A stretch of 56,399 nucleotides of DNA, from NCBI GenBank assembly GCA_035529395.1, contig DATKWT010000058.1:1-56399 (forward strand). Reading direction: 5' to 3'. Position 1 is the first letter of the stretch, and the number at the start of each line of letters is the position of its first letter. Positions 9,327 through 18,151 of this stretch are shown here, piece by piece. The DNA comes from Dehalococcoidales bacterium. GTDB taxonomy: Bacteria; Chloroflexota; Dehalococcoidia; Dehalococcoidales; Fen-1064. Below the pieces are notes generated by a model. It ran no database searches. It saw nothing but the letters and a program-made list of their open reading frames with translations, and was not told where the DNA came from. The position numbers were made by a program, and so were the translations under genes.

Positions 9327-9438
9327 ATCCCGCCTCCTTTACGCTCCGAGACAGGCTGTGAGAAGGTACTATCAGCATATAATGCATGGGAACCTCAGTC
9401 AAGGAAACCGGCTCCGGTCTGTCTCCTTTTTCTTCCTG

Positions 9439-10899
9439 CTACGAGATGTCACCAAACCGGGAAGACCTGATAAACTGATAGGCACCGACTGCAAGCAATG
9501 CGAAGAAGAGCCAGACCACATACGACAGGATGGTCAATACACCGGTCAGAGTGAGTCCGCCCATCACCAGACACCCCACTACTACGATGGCCATCAACAA
9601 CCGCAGCAGAGCAAGCATAGCCACCGCTTGAATATGCCGTTTCACCTTCTTGTCGGTAATGCCCGCTTCCGGCCAGGGGTACTCGGCACCACCGTTTATT
9701 GCCCTGGCAATACGGGGCATCACCAGAGCATGGTTCTTCCAGTAGTAGCTGTGGTCTCGCACCGGATTATCCAGATTGATAACCCTGCGCCGTTTTACCT
9801 GGTCTTTGTGGACCTGTGCCTGCTCGATGATTTCGTCATCAAGGTCGCCCGCCGGCACCGGGTCGAAGCGAGCATAGATATCCAGCCAGAAGAACCGTTC
9901 CTGCAAGGACGCGGACTTCTGACCGGTACCGGGCTCGAATCCGGTTATCTGCCTGGCTAGAGGTCGGCGGAACTGCATCTGTGCATAAAGGTTTGATTTT
10001 CGGACCATACGAAAGACCTGGTTGATTCCACTACCTATAGTCACAAAGGTGAGCTTTTTCCGCTTCCCGCTGGCTCCCAACTGCTCCACCACCTGTGCAA
10101 TCCTGCCACCTTCCCCGAGGGCATCGTAGGCCACCACTGCCCCCATGGAGTGAGCTATGATAGTGATATCCTCCACCTTCCCGAACTTATCATTCAGCAT
10201 GTCGATAACGATGCTCTCCAACCTTCCTCTGGCACTCGCCGACCACATGCCATGCTCGATGTAACGCCTCACATCTCCGAGACTGCGGCTCAGGAACGGG
10301 TCCATCTTGTGGAGCCAGTCCAGAAAGCGTGCCAGGAATTGCAGCCGGGGCATCCAGTAGAGAGGCCATATGAAGAAAAGGGCCACCGGCACCACAACCG
10401 AGAGTGGTAGTAGCAAGAGACCCATCGCGAGCAGTTCCGCTCGGTAGACACAGTTTGTGAAAGCGTAAGCCCTCCAGTGGGATTTCTCGGGTGCCTGACG
10501 ACCCTCCGGACGGTATTTCTCGTTATTAGCCGGGTCCCTCCAGAAACCCTCCCAGGCATACCTCAACTGACTACCAATCTGTGGCCATAGCCAGCGTAGC
10601 ACCGAAGACGCCAACGGTGCCGGGAAGGCATCTGCCCAGAACGCCTCCTTGCAGACCCAGGTAGCTTCAGTGCTATCCGGTGCCCTGATGTACAGGGTGG
10701 CCGAAGGCGGGTCCGATGTTATGTCCGTCTCCCGCTTAATCACCGGATATGCCGGCGAATCTGTCCCCTGCCCTGCCGGCGACTCCAGCAGGGAATCCGC
10801 CAGGGAGTTGGTTACACTCGCCAGTAGCTCTCCCCGTTGCTCGTTATCACTGATACCGTGAATGACAATAACGCCGTGTCTTCCCTGAGAAAGTCCCAT
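9439..10899 (-). CDS. Membrane-embedded alpha/beta-hydrolase-like protein, unknown function
   Basis: The GXSXG nucleophile elbow IIAHSMGAVVAYD sits in the second half. Internal TM helices (LLAMGLLLLPLSVVVPVALFFIWPLYW) split the fold, and two C-terminal TM helices follow. A GAGGGGGA SD precedes the ATG. Confidence 0.65.
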   Translation of the reverse strand: MGLSQGRHGVIVIHGISDNEQRGELLASVTNSLADSLLESPAGQGTDSPAYPVIKRETDITSDPPSATLYIRAPDSTEATWVCKEAFWADAFPAPLASSVLRWLWPQIGSQLRYAWEGFWRDPANNEKYRPEGRQAPEKSHWRAYAFTNCVYRAELLAMGLLLLPLSVVVPVALFFIWPLYWMPRLQFLARFLDWLHKMDPFLSRSLGDVRRYIEHGMWSASARGRLESIVIDMLNDKFGKVEDITIIAHSMGAVVAYDALGEGGRIAQVVEQLGASGKRKKLTFVTIGSGINQVFRMVRKSNLYAQMQFRRPLARQITGFEPGTGQKSASLQERFFWLDIYARFDPVPAGDLDDEIIEQAQVHKDQVKRRRVINLDNPVRDHSYYWKNHALVMPRIARAINGGAEYPWPEAGITDKKVKRHIQAVAMLALLRLLMAIVVVGCLVMGGLTLTGVLTILSYVVWLFFALLAVGAYQFIRSSRFGDIS

Positions 10900-11230
10900 G
10901 AATCCCCCTCTGCCAGACTTCTTCTCGATTCACAAGTACCGGCCTGCCACATGGTTTTCTACCAGAGACGCAAGGCAGCCACACCTGCGAACACTCCCAT
11001 TCAAACCGCATCTCCTGTACCTTTGAATGGATTTCTGTCGCGGTTTTCCTTGCCTGGACTCCCCTTATTCAGCACCATGCTAATATACTGTACCCCCTAC
11101 AACACCTCGTTGACAATCCATCAGGCGAAGATTAAACTCGATTCTGTGTGTACCAATACTTGTGCCAGTACACTTCATCCCGGTCCCCTCTGGAAGCGAG
11201 GGGGCACTACCGGCAGGAGAGGAGATATCA

Positions 11231-12271
11231 GTGAAGGTTATTGACCTGCGTAGTGATACCGTAACCCTCCCCACAGACGAGATGCGCCGTGCCATGTATG
11301 AAGCAGAACTTGGTGATGACGTCTACGGGGAAGACCCTACAGTAAACCGGCTTGAGCAGATGACGTCCGAGATGCTTGGCAAGGAAGCAGCCCTGTTCAC
11401 CACCAGCGGTACAATGGGCAATCTTCTCGCTATACTGGCCCAGACACGCCCCGGAGAAGAGGTTATCGTTGGCAGCGAAGCCCACATCTTCTGGTACGAG
11501 GTTGGCGGGGCATCCGCTCTGGGAGGGGTCATGCTGCGCACGGTACCAAATGATAGCGAGGGCCGGATGGACCTCGATTCAATTGAGCGGGCCATCCGCA
11601 GCAGGGACATACATTTCCCCCGGACCGCCCTGCTGTGCCTGGAAAACACCCACAATCGTTGCGGCGGCTCCGTCCTGACGCCCGATTTCACATCCTCTGT
11701 TGTCTCGCTGGCTCACGGTCACGACTTTCGTGTCCATCTCGATGGAGCGCGCATCTTCAATGCCGCTATCGCTCTGGGTGTGCCTGCCAGCGACCTTACC
11801 AGAGATGTCGACTCCGTCTGTTTCTGCCTCTCCAAAGGACTCAGCGCCCCGGTGGGTTCCATGCTCTGCGGCACCAGAGAGTTCATAGAAAGCGCCCGAA
11901 AGTGGCGCAAAATGGTCGGCGGTGGTATGCGCCAGGCCGGGGTTATTGCCGCCGCAGGTATCGTGGCACTCCAGACCACGGTGAACCGGCTCTCCGAGGA
12001 CCACGCCAACGCGCGCCGCCTGGCACGCGGTCTGGAGAACATTCCCGGACTGTCAGTGCCCCGTGTGGAAGTACCGAGCAACATCGTCATGTTTGAGTCC
12101 GCCCTCGCTGCTTCCGGTGCTGATTTCATACGCCGGATGGACACGCGGGGTGTAAAGTTCGGCTACCGGGGCAACAACCGTTACCGGGCGGTAACACACC
12201 GCATGGTAGACTCCGCCGATATCGATGAAGCCCTGGACCGCATAGGACAATGCACTAAGGAGTTGGGTTAG
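11231..12271 (+). CDS. ltaE: Low-specificity L-threonine aldolase (PLP-dependent)
   Basis: [36 protein letters not shown] and the [13 protein letters not shown]-lysine motif are present. The GTG at 11231 has a GGAGAGGAG SD about 7 nt upstream. The track start at 11162 is likely an over-extension. Confidence 0.85.
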   Translation: MKVIDLRSDTVTLPTDEMRRAMYEAELGDDVYGEDPTVNRLEQMTSEMLGKEAALFTTSGTMGNLLAILAQTRPGEEVIVGSEAHIFWYEVGGASALGGVMLRTVPNDSEGRMDLDSIERAIRSRDIHFPRTALLCLENTHNRCGGSVLTPDFTSSVVSLAHGHDFRVHLDGARIFNAAIALGVPASDLTRDVDSVCFCLSKGLSAPVGSMLCGTREFIESARKWRKMVGGGMRQAGVIAAAGIVALQTTVNRLSEDHANARRLARGLENIPGLSVPRVEVPSNIVMFESALAASGADFIRRMDTRGVKFGYRGNNRYRAVTHRMVDSADIDEALDRIGQCTKELG

Positions 12272-12367
12272 AAAACCTCACAAGACGCGTATCGTTTGCG
12301 GCACTGCCGATAAATCGAGAAGATTCGAATTACACTCCTACTGCTTTGTATTATTATGTCAAGCTTG

Positions 12368-12397
12368 TTGACAATGAAGGCACAAACCCACTAGACT
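12368..12397 (+). promoter_or_regulatory. Candidate sigma70-type promoter for the MFS gene
   Basis: TTGACA (12368-12373), an 18-nt spacer, then TAGACT (12392-12397). It lies inside the track's long ORF, which argues for the downstream start. Confidence 0.4.
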
Positions 12398-12531
12398 GCC
12401 TACAGGTAGACCGCACTACCAATGCTGAATGTTCAGGCAAGTGTGAACCGGTTGCCGGTTGCAGTGCGATACATGACCCGCCGGAGTTGTCTTCTTTCCA
12501 GCGGGTCTTTCTATATTGGAGAAGTAACTCG

Positions 12532-13833
12532 TTGAATTCAGACATCATCAGCAAGGTGAAAGCCAGGGGCAGGTCGGTATTCTACGGGTGGTGGATAGTA
12601 TGGGTGGGTTTCATCATCAATGCCTTCGGTGTCGGCACCTTCTTCTACGGGTTCAGCACCTTCTTCAATCCGTTGATGGTCGAGTTCGGCTGGTCAAGAA
12701 CACTGCTATCCGGTGTATTCTCCATGTCCCGCCTCGAAGGTGGTATCGAGGGACCGATTGTAGGATGGCTTACCGACCGGTTCGGGGCAAGACGGATACT
12801 TATCCTCGGGGTAATATTCACCGGCACCGGTTTCATCCTGCTGAAGCTGGTTAACAGCCCTCCTAGCCTCTATATAATATTTCTATTGGTTTCCATAGGC
12901 TTTAACATTGGCTACACGCATGCCACCGGCGCAGCTGTGGCCAAATGGTTTATCAAGAAGAGGAGCAGGGCCCTTTCCTTCCTTATCACCGGAAACGGTG
13001 TCGGCGGAGCGGTGTTCGTGCCTGTGATTGCCTGGCTTATTATCCAGTACGGATGGAGACTGGCGGCGGTCATCATCGGCGTGGCAACACTGGTCATTCC
13101 CCTTCCACTGAGCCTGCTTGTCAGAAGTACCCCTGAGGATATGGGTCTGCGGCCAGATGGTGAATCCCGGAAGTCTACCGGTTTCGCTTCTGATGCAGGG
13201 CATGGTTTCAACAAAGACCATCCTGATGATGAGGACCAGAAGGACATCAGCTTTACTGTCCGTGAAGCGATGAGAACGCGCGCTTTCTGGGTATATTCTG
13301 TCTCGATGATGCTGAGAGCCTGCATCCTGAGCTCAATTGTAGTCCACCAGATTCCTCATCTCACGGACATCGGCATCCCCTACCAGACTGCTTCCAACGT
13401 GCTCGGACTGATGGTACTTATGAGTGTTCCGGGCAGATTTATTTTCGGTTGGCTGGGTGACCGGTTCGATAAGAAAAAACTGCTATTTCTGCTTTGCGTT
13501 CTTCAGGGTGTGGGAATATTCATCTTCATCAACGCCGATACCCTCCCGCTGCTCTACCTCTTCGTGGTCGTATATGGACTGGGATATGGTGGTGTTATCC
13601 CATTGACGATTGCACTGCGAGCGGACCTGTTCGGCAGGAAGAATTACGCCACAATTGCCGGTATAACCATGTCTCTGAGTGTGGTCGGGACGGTATCGGC
13701 CCCACTCCTGGCAGGTTATCTCTACGACGTTACCCATAGCTACAGCCTGGCGTTCTACATCTTCATCGTGCTAATCGTTCTCTCCGGGGTGTTCTTCCTC
13801 ATGATACCTCGTCCCACCCGCAGAGCGACATGA
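12532..13833 (+). CDS. MFS transporter (monocarboxylate/oxalate-formate antiporter-like)
   Basis: About 12 TM segments with the TDRFGARR loop motif. I prefer the in-frame TTG at 12532 (GGAGAAG SD 7 nt upstream) over 12346, but the start is uncertain. Confidence 0.8.
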   Translation: MNSDIISKVKARGRSVFYGWWIVWVGFIINAFGVGTFFYGFSTFFNPLMVEFGWSRTLLSGVFSMSRLEGGIEGPIVGWLTDRFGARRILILGVIFTGTGFILLKLVNSPPSLYIIFLLVSIGFNIGYTHATGAAVAKWFIKKRSRALSFLITGNGVGGAVFVPVIAWLIIQYGWRLAAVIIGVATLVIPLPLSLLVRSTPEDMGLRPDGESRKSTGFASDAGHGFNKDHPDDEDQKDISFTVREAMRTRAFWVYSVSMMLRACILSSIVVHQIPHLTDIGIPYQTASNVLGLMVLMSVPGRFIFGWLGDRFDKKKLLFLLCVLQGVGIFIFINADTLPLLYLFVVVYGLGYGGVIPLTIALRADLFGRKNYATIAGITMSLSVVGTVSAPLLAGYLYDVTHSYSLAFYIFIVLIVLSGVFFLMIPRPTRRAT

Positions 13834-14033
13834 TGTCCCCGATATCAGATTCTCCCGGGCATCAGCCGGTGGACCTGTGCATCCTGACATAGGCCACTGC
13901 TCACGTGTTGGGCATTTCGACTCCAGGATGGTACAATCATCGTAGACAGAAGGGACGTCAGTATTGTCTCAGTAATCAGCACCGATGTCTCTCCGGCTCC
14001 GAGTAGACATCGCACTTACGGGAGGTCCTATTA

Positions 14034-15464
14034 ATGGCAACTCACCCATTGGAGGAAATCCTTCACCCCAGGGCTATCGCAGTGGTTGGGGCTTCAGGTG
14101 GCGGCGGGCGGGGATCCGGTTTTCTCGCGCCTCTTGTCGAACTGGGCTACAGGGGGCAGATCTACCCGGTCAACCCCAAGTACACGGAGATTATGGGTAT
14201 CAAGGCCTACGCCAGCGTAAAGGATATACCTGGGGTGGTCGACTACGTAATCTCGTCTGTTCCGGCGTCACAGGTTCTGGGAATGATATCGGACTCCGCC
14301 GCGAAGGGCGTCAAGGCAATTCACCTCTACACCGCTCGTTTCAGTGAAACGGGACGCAAAGAGGCCGCTGATCTTGAGAAAGAAATACTAAACCAGGCGA
14401 GGAAAGCGGGTATTCGGCTCATTGGGCCGAATTGCATGGGCGTCTATTATCCTGGCGAACGGATATCCTTCAGCAGTGGCATGCCCACGGAGTCCGGGTC
14501 TGTAGGACTGGCTTCACAGAGTGGCTCGGCAATACATGAAATCGTCGACATGGCAGCGCAAAGGGGCTTACGCTTCAGCAAGGCTATAAGCTATGGCAAC
14601 GCCCTTGATTTCAACGAGTCTGACTACCTGGAGTACTTCGCGCAGGACTCGGAGACAAAAGTAATCATGATGTACATCGAAGGCGTGCGCGACGGGAGGC
14701 GTTTCTATGATACCCTGCGCCGCACGACAGCCACCAAGCCGGTCATCATCGTCAAGGGTGGCAGGGGACAGTCGGGAGTCAGGGCCACCGCTTCTCACAC
14801 GGCTTCCCTCGCCGGGTCCATGCAAGTGTGGGAGACAATGGTCAGCCAGGCCGGGGCTGTTTCTGCTCAGCATCCGAGCGAGCTGGTGGACGTGGCCACC
14901 GCGTTCCACTTCCTGCCGTCAATCTCCGGTCGAAGAGTGGGTGTAGCCGGTGGCGCCGGGGGAAGTAGCGTGCTTGCCGCCGACCTCTGCGAGGAAGCCG
15001 GGCTCGACGTTATTCCGTTGCCAATGGAGATTCGAGAGGAGATGAAAGCCCAGGGTAGCCCAATCTGGGACTGGATTGGCAACCCGGCAGATATGTCAAT
15101 CAGGATAGACAGAAGCTGGGATACCGGGGAAATGCTGAAGATAATGGCCGGGAACTCGAACTTCGATCTACTGATTACCTTCGTACATGCACACTTCCAC
15201 GGTGGTCAGGGGAAGGTCTCGGCGGATACGTTTCTCGAGCAGTACCGGCTGAACGAACTCAAAAACAAGCCGCTGCTGGCGGTGATGGAGGAGCGGGGAC
15301 AGGGCAGCATTAACGACGATGACCATACCTGGATGCGGGAGCTGATGGAAGAAGTCAAGGCCGGGCTAATGGCCGCTGGCGTTCCAGGCTATCCGAGCAT
15401 CGAACGAGCGGCTGGAGCTGCCAGTAAGCTTATTGGGTACTATCAGCGCAGGGAGTCTCGCTAG
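14034..15464 (+). CDS. ADP-forming acyl-CoA synthetase alpha-like protein (CoA-binding plus succinyl-CoA-ligase-like domains; no ATP-grasp domain)
   Basis: Motifs are AIAVVGAS, YPVNPKY, GPNCMGV, SQSGS and the phosphohistidine-loop-like RATASHTASLAGS. A GGGAGG SD is present. It is a paralog of 36260..37720. Confidence 0.8.
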   Translation: MATHPLEEILHPRAIAVVGASGGGGRGSGFLAPLVELGYRGQIYPVNPKYTEIMGIKAYASVKDIPGVVDYVISSVPASQVLGMISDSAAKGVKAIHLYTARFSETGRKEAADLEKEILNQARKAGIRLIGPNCMGVYYPGERISFSSGMPTESGSVGLASQSGSAIHEIVDMAAQRGLRFSKAISYGNALDFNESDYLEYFAQDSETKVIMMYIEGVRDGRRFYDTLRRTTATKPVIIVKGGRGQSGVRATASHTASLAGSMQVWETMVSQAGAVSAQHPSELVDVATAFHFLPSISGRRVGVAGGAGGSSVLAADLCEEAGLDVIPLPMEIREEMKAQGSPIWDWIGNPADMSIRIDRSWDTGEMLKIMAGNSNFDLLITFVHAHFHGGQGKVSADTFLEQYRLNELKNKPLLAVMEERGQGSINDDDHTWMRELMEEVKAGLMAAGVPGYPSIERAAGAASKLIGYYQRRESR

Positions 15465-15509
15465 CGTGAAACCGGCAACCCAGCGTGCCTGCCCCCCGTA
15501 CGGCGCCCA

Positions 15510-15780
15510 GTACTTAGTGACAGAGATACCAGCCAGTATGTTCCGCGGGGTGAGACCCTTCGGCTTCGGCTTGCTGGCAAAGCCAGCAGGCAATCTCATG
15601 GTGACACGTCATTCTTGAGCAAACTGCCACTGAGGTCAGTGGCGCAGAACCTCAATTCTCCACATAGTAGATTGCTTCGCTTCGCTCGCAAAGACAGGAG
15701 AGAGGATTGTCATTGCGAGGAGCACCAGCGACGAAGCAATCCGACCCTCCGTTGTCATTCTGAGCAACACGCAACTGGAC
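15510..15780 (+). repeat. Composite REP/MITE-like hairpin element (longest copy of the 100-bp family plus extra hairpin modules)
   Basis: 15510-15609 aligns by eye with 33433-33532 at about 89 of 100 positions. Hairpin modules are CTGCTGGCAAAGCCAGCAG, GCCACTGAGGTCAGTGGC and GATTGCTTCG...CGAAGCAATC. Degenerate terminal inverted repeats are GTACTTAGTGAC and GCAACTGGAC. Confidence 0.75.
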
Positions 15781-15801
15781 CCTGGTCGCAGGACTGCGAA
15801 C

Positions 15802-16905
15802 CTAGTCGCACGCCGCCATGATGTAGTCAAACAGCATCTCGCGCATCCAGAACTCGGGATCGCTTATGCTCATACTCGTAGTGAAGACGACCACCAGGTC
15901 AAGCTCCGGGGCAACGTATATCCTCTGCCCGTACAACCCGGCCGCGTAGTACACTCCGTCCTGTGGGTATGTCCACCAGCTCTGGTAGCCGTAGCCGCTG
16001 GTCGCTGAGGAAAGGTAATGGCTCTTCACGGCTTCGGCCACGAAGTCTGCCGGTACAACCTGTTTGCCGTCCCAGTTACCATTGTGTAGATATAGATAGC
16101 CGAACTTCGCCGCGTCACGAGGCTTTAGTGATAGCCCTCCCCCGCCATAGTAAATGCCGTGACGGTCATGTTCCCATGACACATCCTTTATTCCCAGTGG
16201 GCTAAACAGGTGCTCCCGTGCAAAATCAAGGGTATCATACCCGGTGACTTCTGTTATCAGAGCAGACAGCAGGTGTGTGGTTCCCCCATTGTAGTTCCAC
16301 CTAACTCCCGGCTCCTCCATCATTGGCAGGTCGAGCACATACTGAACAGGATCGCTGCTGTAGTAGATAGCCCGAATGTAATCGTTACGCTGGTCAGTGT
16401 ATGCGTATTTCCATTCCTCCCACTCGTAGCCCGCCTTCATCGTCAGGTAATCTTCCAGTGTGATAGACTCCTTCTGCTCGTCCATGTTATCCATAGTACG
16501 GTCTGAAAACAGGTCGACAATCCGGGCATGGATGCCCTCGATGTAGCCCTGCTCAATGGCGATACCTACGAGTGCGGAGACGAAGCTCTTTGTGACCGAG
16601 TGAAGGATGTGCGGCTTGTCCTCATCGTAGTCAGGTCGCGGATACTCCTCCAGCACGATGCGGCCGTGGCGAACCACCACGACGGAATCTATGTACATGC
16701 CACCCTTATTCATACCCTCAATATACGTGGTAACCCCGGCCAGCTTGACCGAATCCATATCCTGCTCTTCAGGCGCTGAGGTCCGCCAGCCCTCAGTAGG
16801 CCAGTATTCGCTGGATTCTTTGGTTGCGGTTTCCCCTGCGCCGCTGCAACCGGCAACAAGAGACAGAATCATCAGGGCTATCAAGATACAGGCCAGTTTC
16901 TTCAT
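15802..16905 (-). CDS. Serine hydrolase of the beta-lactamase/PBP4* family, lipoprotein
   Basis: The signal peptide has a lipobox (MKKLACILIALMILSLVAGC). The SVTKSF (SxxK) motif is present. Its ATG overlaps the fdhD stop (ATGA), and a GGGAGGGAG SD lies inside the fdhD 3' end. Confidence 0.8.
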   Translation of the reverse strand: MKKLACILIALMILSLVAGCSGAGETATKESSEYWPTEGWRTSAPEEQDMDSVKLAGVTTYIEGMNKGGMYIDSVVVVRHGRIVLEEYPRPDYDEDKPHILHSVTKSFVSALVGIAIEQGYIEGIHARIVDLFSDRTMDNMDEQKESITLEDYLTMKAGYEWEEWKYAYTDQRNDYIRAIYYSSDPVQYVLDLPMMEEPGVRWNYNGGTTHLLSALITEVTGYDTLDFAREHLFSPLGIKDVSWEHDRHGIYYGGGGLSLKPRDAAKFGYLYLHNGNWDGKQVVPADFVAEAVKSHYLSSATSGYGYQSWWTYPQDGVYYAAGLYGQRIYVAPELDLVVVFTTSMSISDPEFWMREMLFDYIMAACD

Positions 16906-17819
16906 CGTTCTCCCTCCCTTCTCTGGAATACCGGTAATGAGTTACTACCCGGATTGCCGTCCGGTTCTTCGTCACGCAGAATTCTCCAGTCATAACTGAA
17001 GACATTCATTTTGCTCCCGCTAACGGAGCCAACCAGGGTTACCCCCAGACTGCCTGCCAGTTCCACCGCTACATCAGTGGGAGCGGCTATGGAGATGATA
17101 ACGGGTATTCTCCTCCTGGCTACTTTGAGCAATATCTCCGAGGAGACCCTGCCGCTGGTAACCACCATCCGCCCATCTGTGAGTATATCCTCCATGAGGC
17201 ATTTGCCAAAGACCTTGTCGATGGCATTATGCCGCCCGATATCCTCGGCGAAGACGAGGATATCGGTATCACACAGAGCGGCACTGTGAACACCGTGTGT
17301 CGCCTGGTAGAGTCGGGAGTGGTGCTGGAACTCCTTTACCAGGGTATATATCCCAGGCACCGTTACTTCACTTCTGTATTCTACCTTTGCCAGCGATTGA
17401 GCATCAGCAGCACTAGAGGCGGAAGTCCCTCTACCACCACTCGACGCTATCAAACGTTTGGCCAGGCGTTCACTCGTTAATTCCTTGCCTTCCCTGGTCT
17501 CGACACGGGCCACGCCTCTCCGGTCATCAACGGCAATGCTCCTGATTTCATCTTTAGTATCCAGTAGTCCCTCGGACAGAAGGAAGCCGACAGCCAGATA
17601 CTCCAGGTCTGATGGAGAACAGAGCAGGGTTACCAGCTCCTGGTTGTTCAGGACAATGGTGAGGGAGAATTCCCTGGCAACCGTCTTCTCGATGCTGCTC
17701 TTGTTTTCCCCGACAAACTGTACTACCGGGAGTCCCTCAAGCTCGTTTTTCACCTTTCCTTGTCCCCTTCTCCAGCCACCAGTTGCAGCAAGACACCTGT
17801 GAGTCACCCCGGTCAACAC
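16902..17819 (-). CDS. fdhD: FdhD-family sulfurtransferase (formate dehydrogenase accessory protein)
   Basis: FdhD pattern: EFSLTIVLNNQELVTLLCSPSDLEYLAVGFLLSEGLL, SSGGRG, EDIGRHNAIDKV and ISIAAPT. The N-terminal start is uncertain (GTG 17819 versus an internal GTG about 22 codons downstream). Confidence 0.8.
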   Translation of the reverse strand: MLTGVTHRCLAATGGWRRGQGKVKNELEGLPVVQFVGENKSSIEKTVAREFSLTIVLNNQELVTLLCSPSDLEYLAVGFLLSEGLLDTKDEIRSIAVDDRRGVARVETREGKELTSERLAKRLIASSGGRGTSASSAADAQSLAKVEYRSEVTVPGIYTLVKEFQHHSRLYQATHGVHSAALCDTDILVFAEDIGRHNAIDKVFGKCLMEDILTDGRMVVTSGRVSSEILLKVARRRIPVIISIAAPTDVAVELAGSLGVTLVGSVSGSKMNVFSYDWRILRDEEPDGNPGSNSLPVFQRREGER

Positions 17820-17939
17820 CCTTCTTTTCCCCTGATAGTCTTGTGGCTTGTCCGAAGGTTACAAGTGACCGGAAGTAACCGCTCAGAGTAGACTACGCAA
17901 TATTGATGCCCATTGACAAAGCAACATTATCCAGGATGC

Positions 17940-17968
17940 TTGACGGGGTCAAGACAGTACTATATCAT
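17940..17968 (+). promoter_or_regulatory. Candidate promoter of the FeS/AOR operon
   Basis: TTGACG (17940-17945), a 17-nt spacer, then TATCAT (17963-17968). This predicts a 5' UTR of about 175 nt. Confidence 0.5.
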
Positions 17969-18151
17969 ACTAGATGCTCATAAGAAAGACCGGGTTGCCC
18001 GGGGCCATTTCGAGCGTCACAGATAGACTGCTTGCAGTGGCGAAAAAGAGAGGCTGAGCCTCAGGAACTTGGTTTCCGGCTTTTCACTCCTGGCGTACAA
18101 CCCCTGTCACTTCATATCCGGATACTAGCTCTGTGAAAGGAAAGATGACAA

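Noticed and set aside
11162-12531. Track-proposed long N-terminal extensions (11162 for ltaE, 12346 for the MFS gene, 4157 for the deacetylase, 26959 for dctP, 41448 for the CoA-transferase, 53392 for the OYE reductase, 35409 for LOG)
   Set aside because: In each case an internal start has a proper SD and gives a family-typical N-terminus, whereas the extension has no SD and an atypical sequence. For the MFS gene, the extension even contains a promoter-like element.
15433-15830. ORFs spanning the repeat elements. These include 15433..15618, 15615..15821, 15636..15830, 27696..27926, 33437..33805, 44271..44552, 44527..44868, 45238..45579, 45444..45773 and 45512..45766.
   Set aside because: Their translations are produced by hairpin repeats read in arbitrary frames (for example RPFGFGLLAKPAG and SFCKNDAQTPLP). 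They occur in both orientations and lack SD sequences, so they are treated as non-coding repeats.
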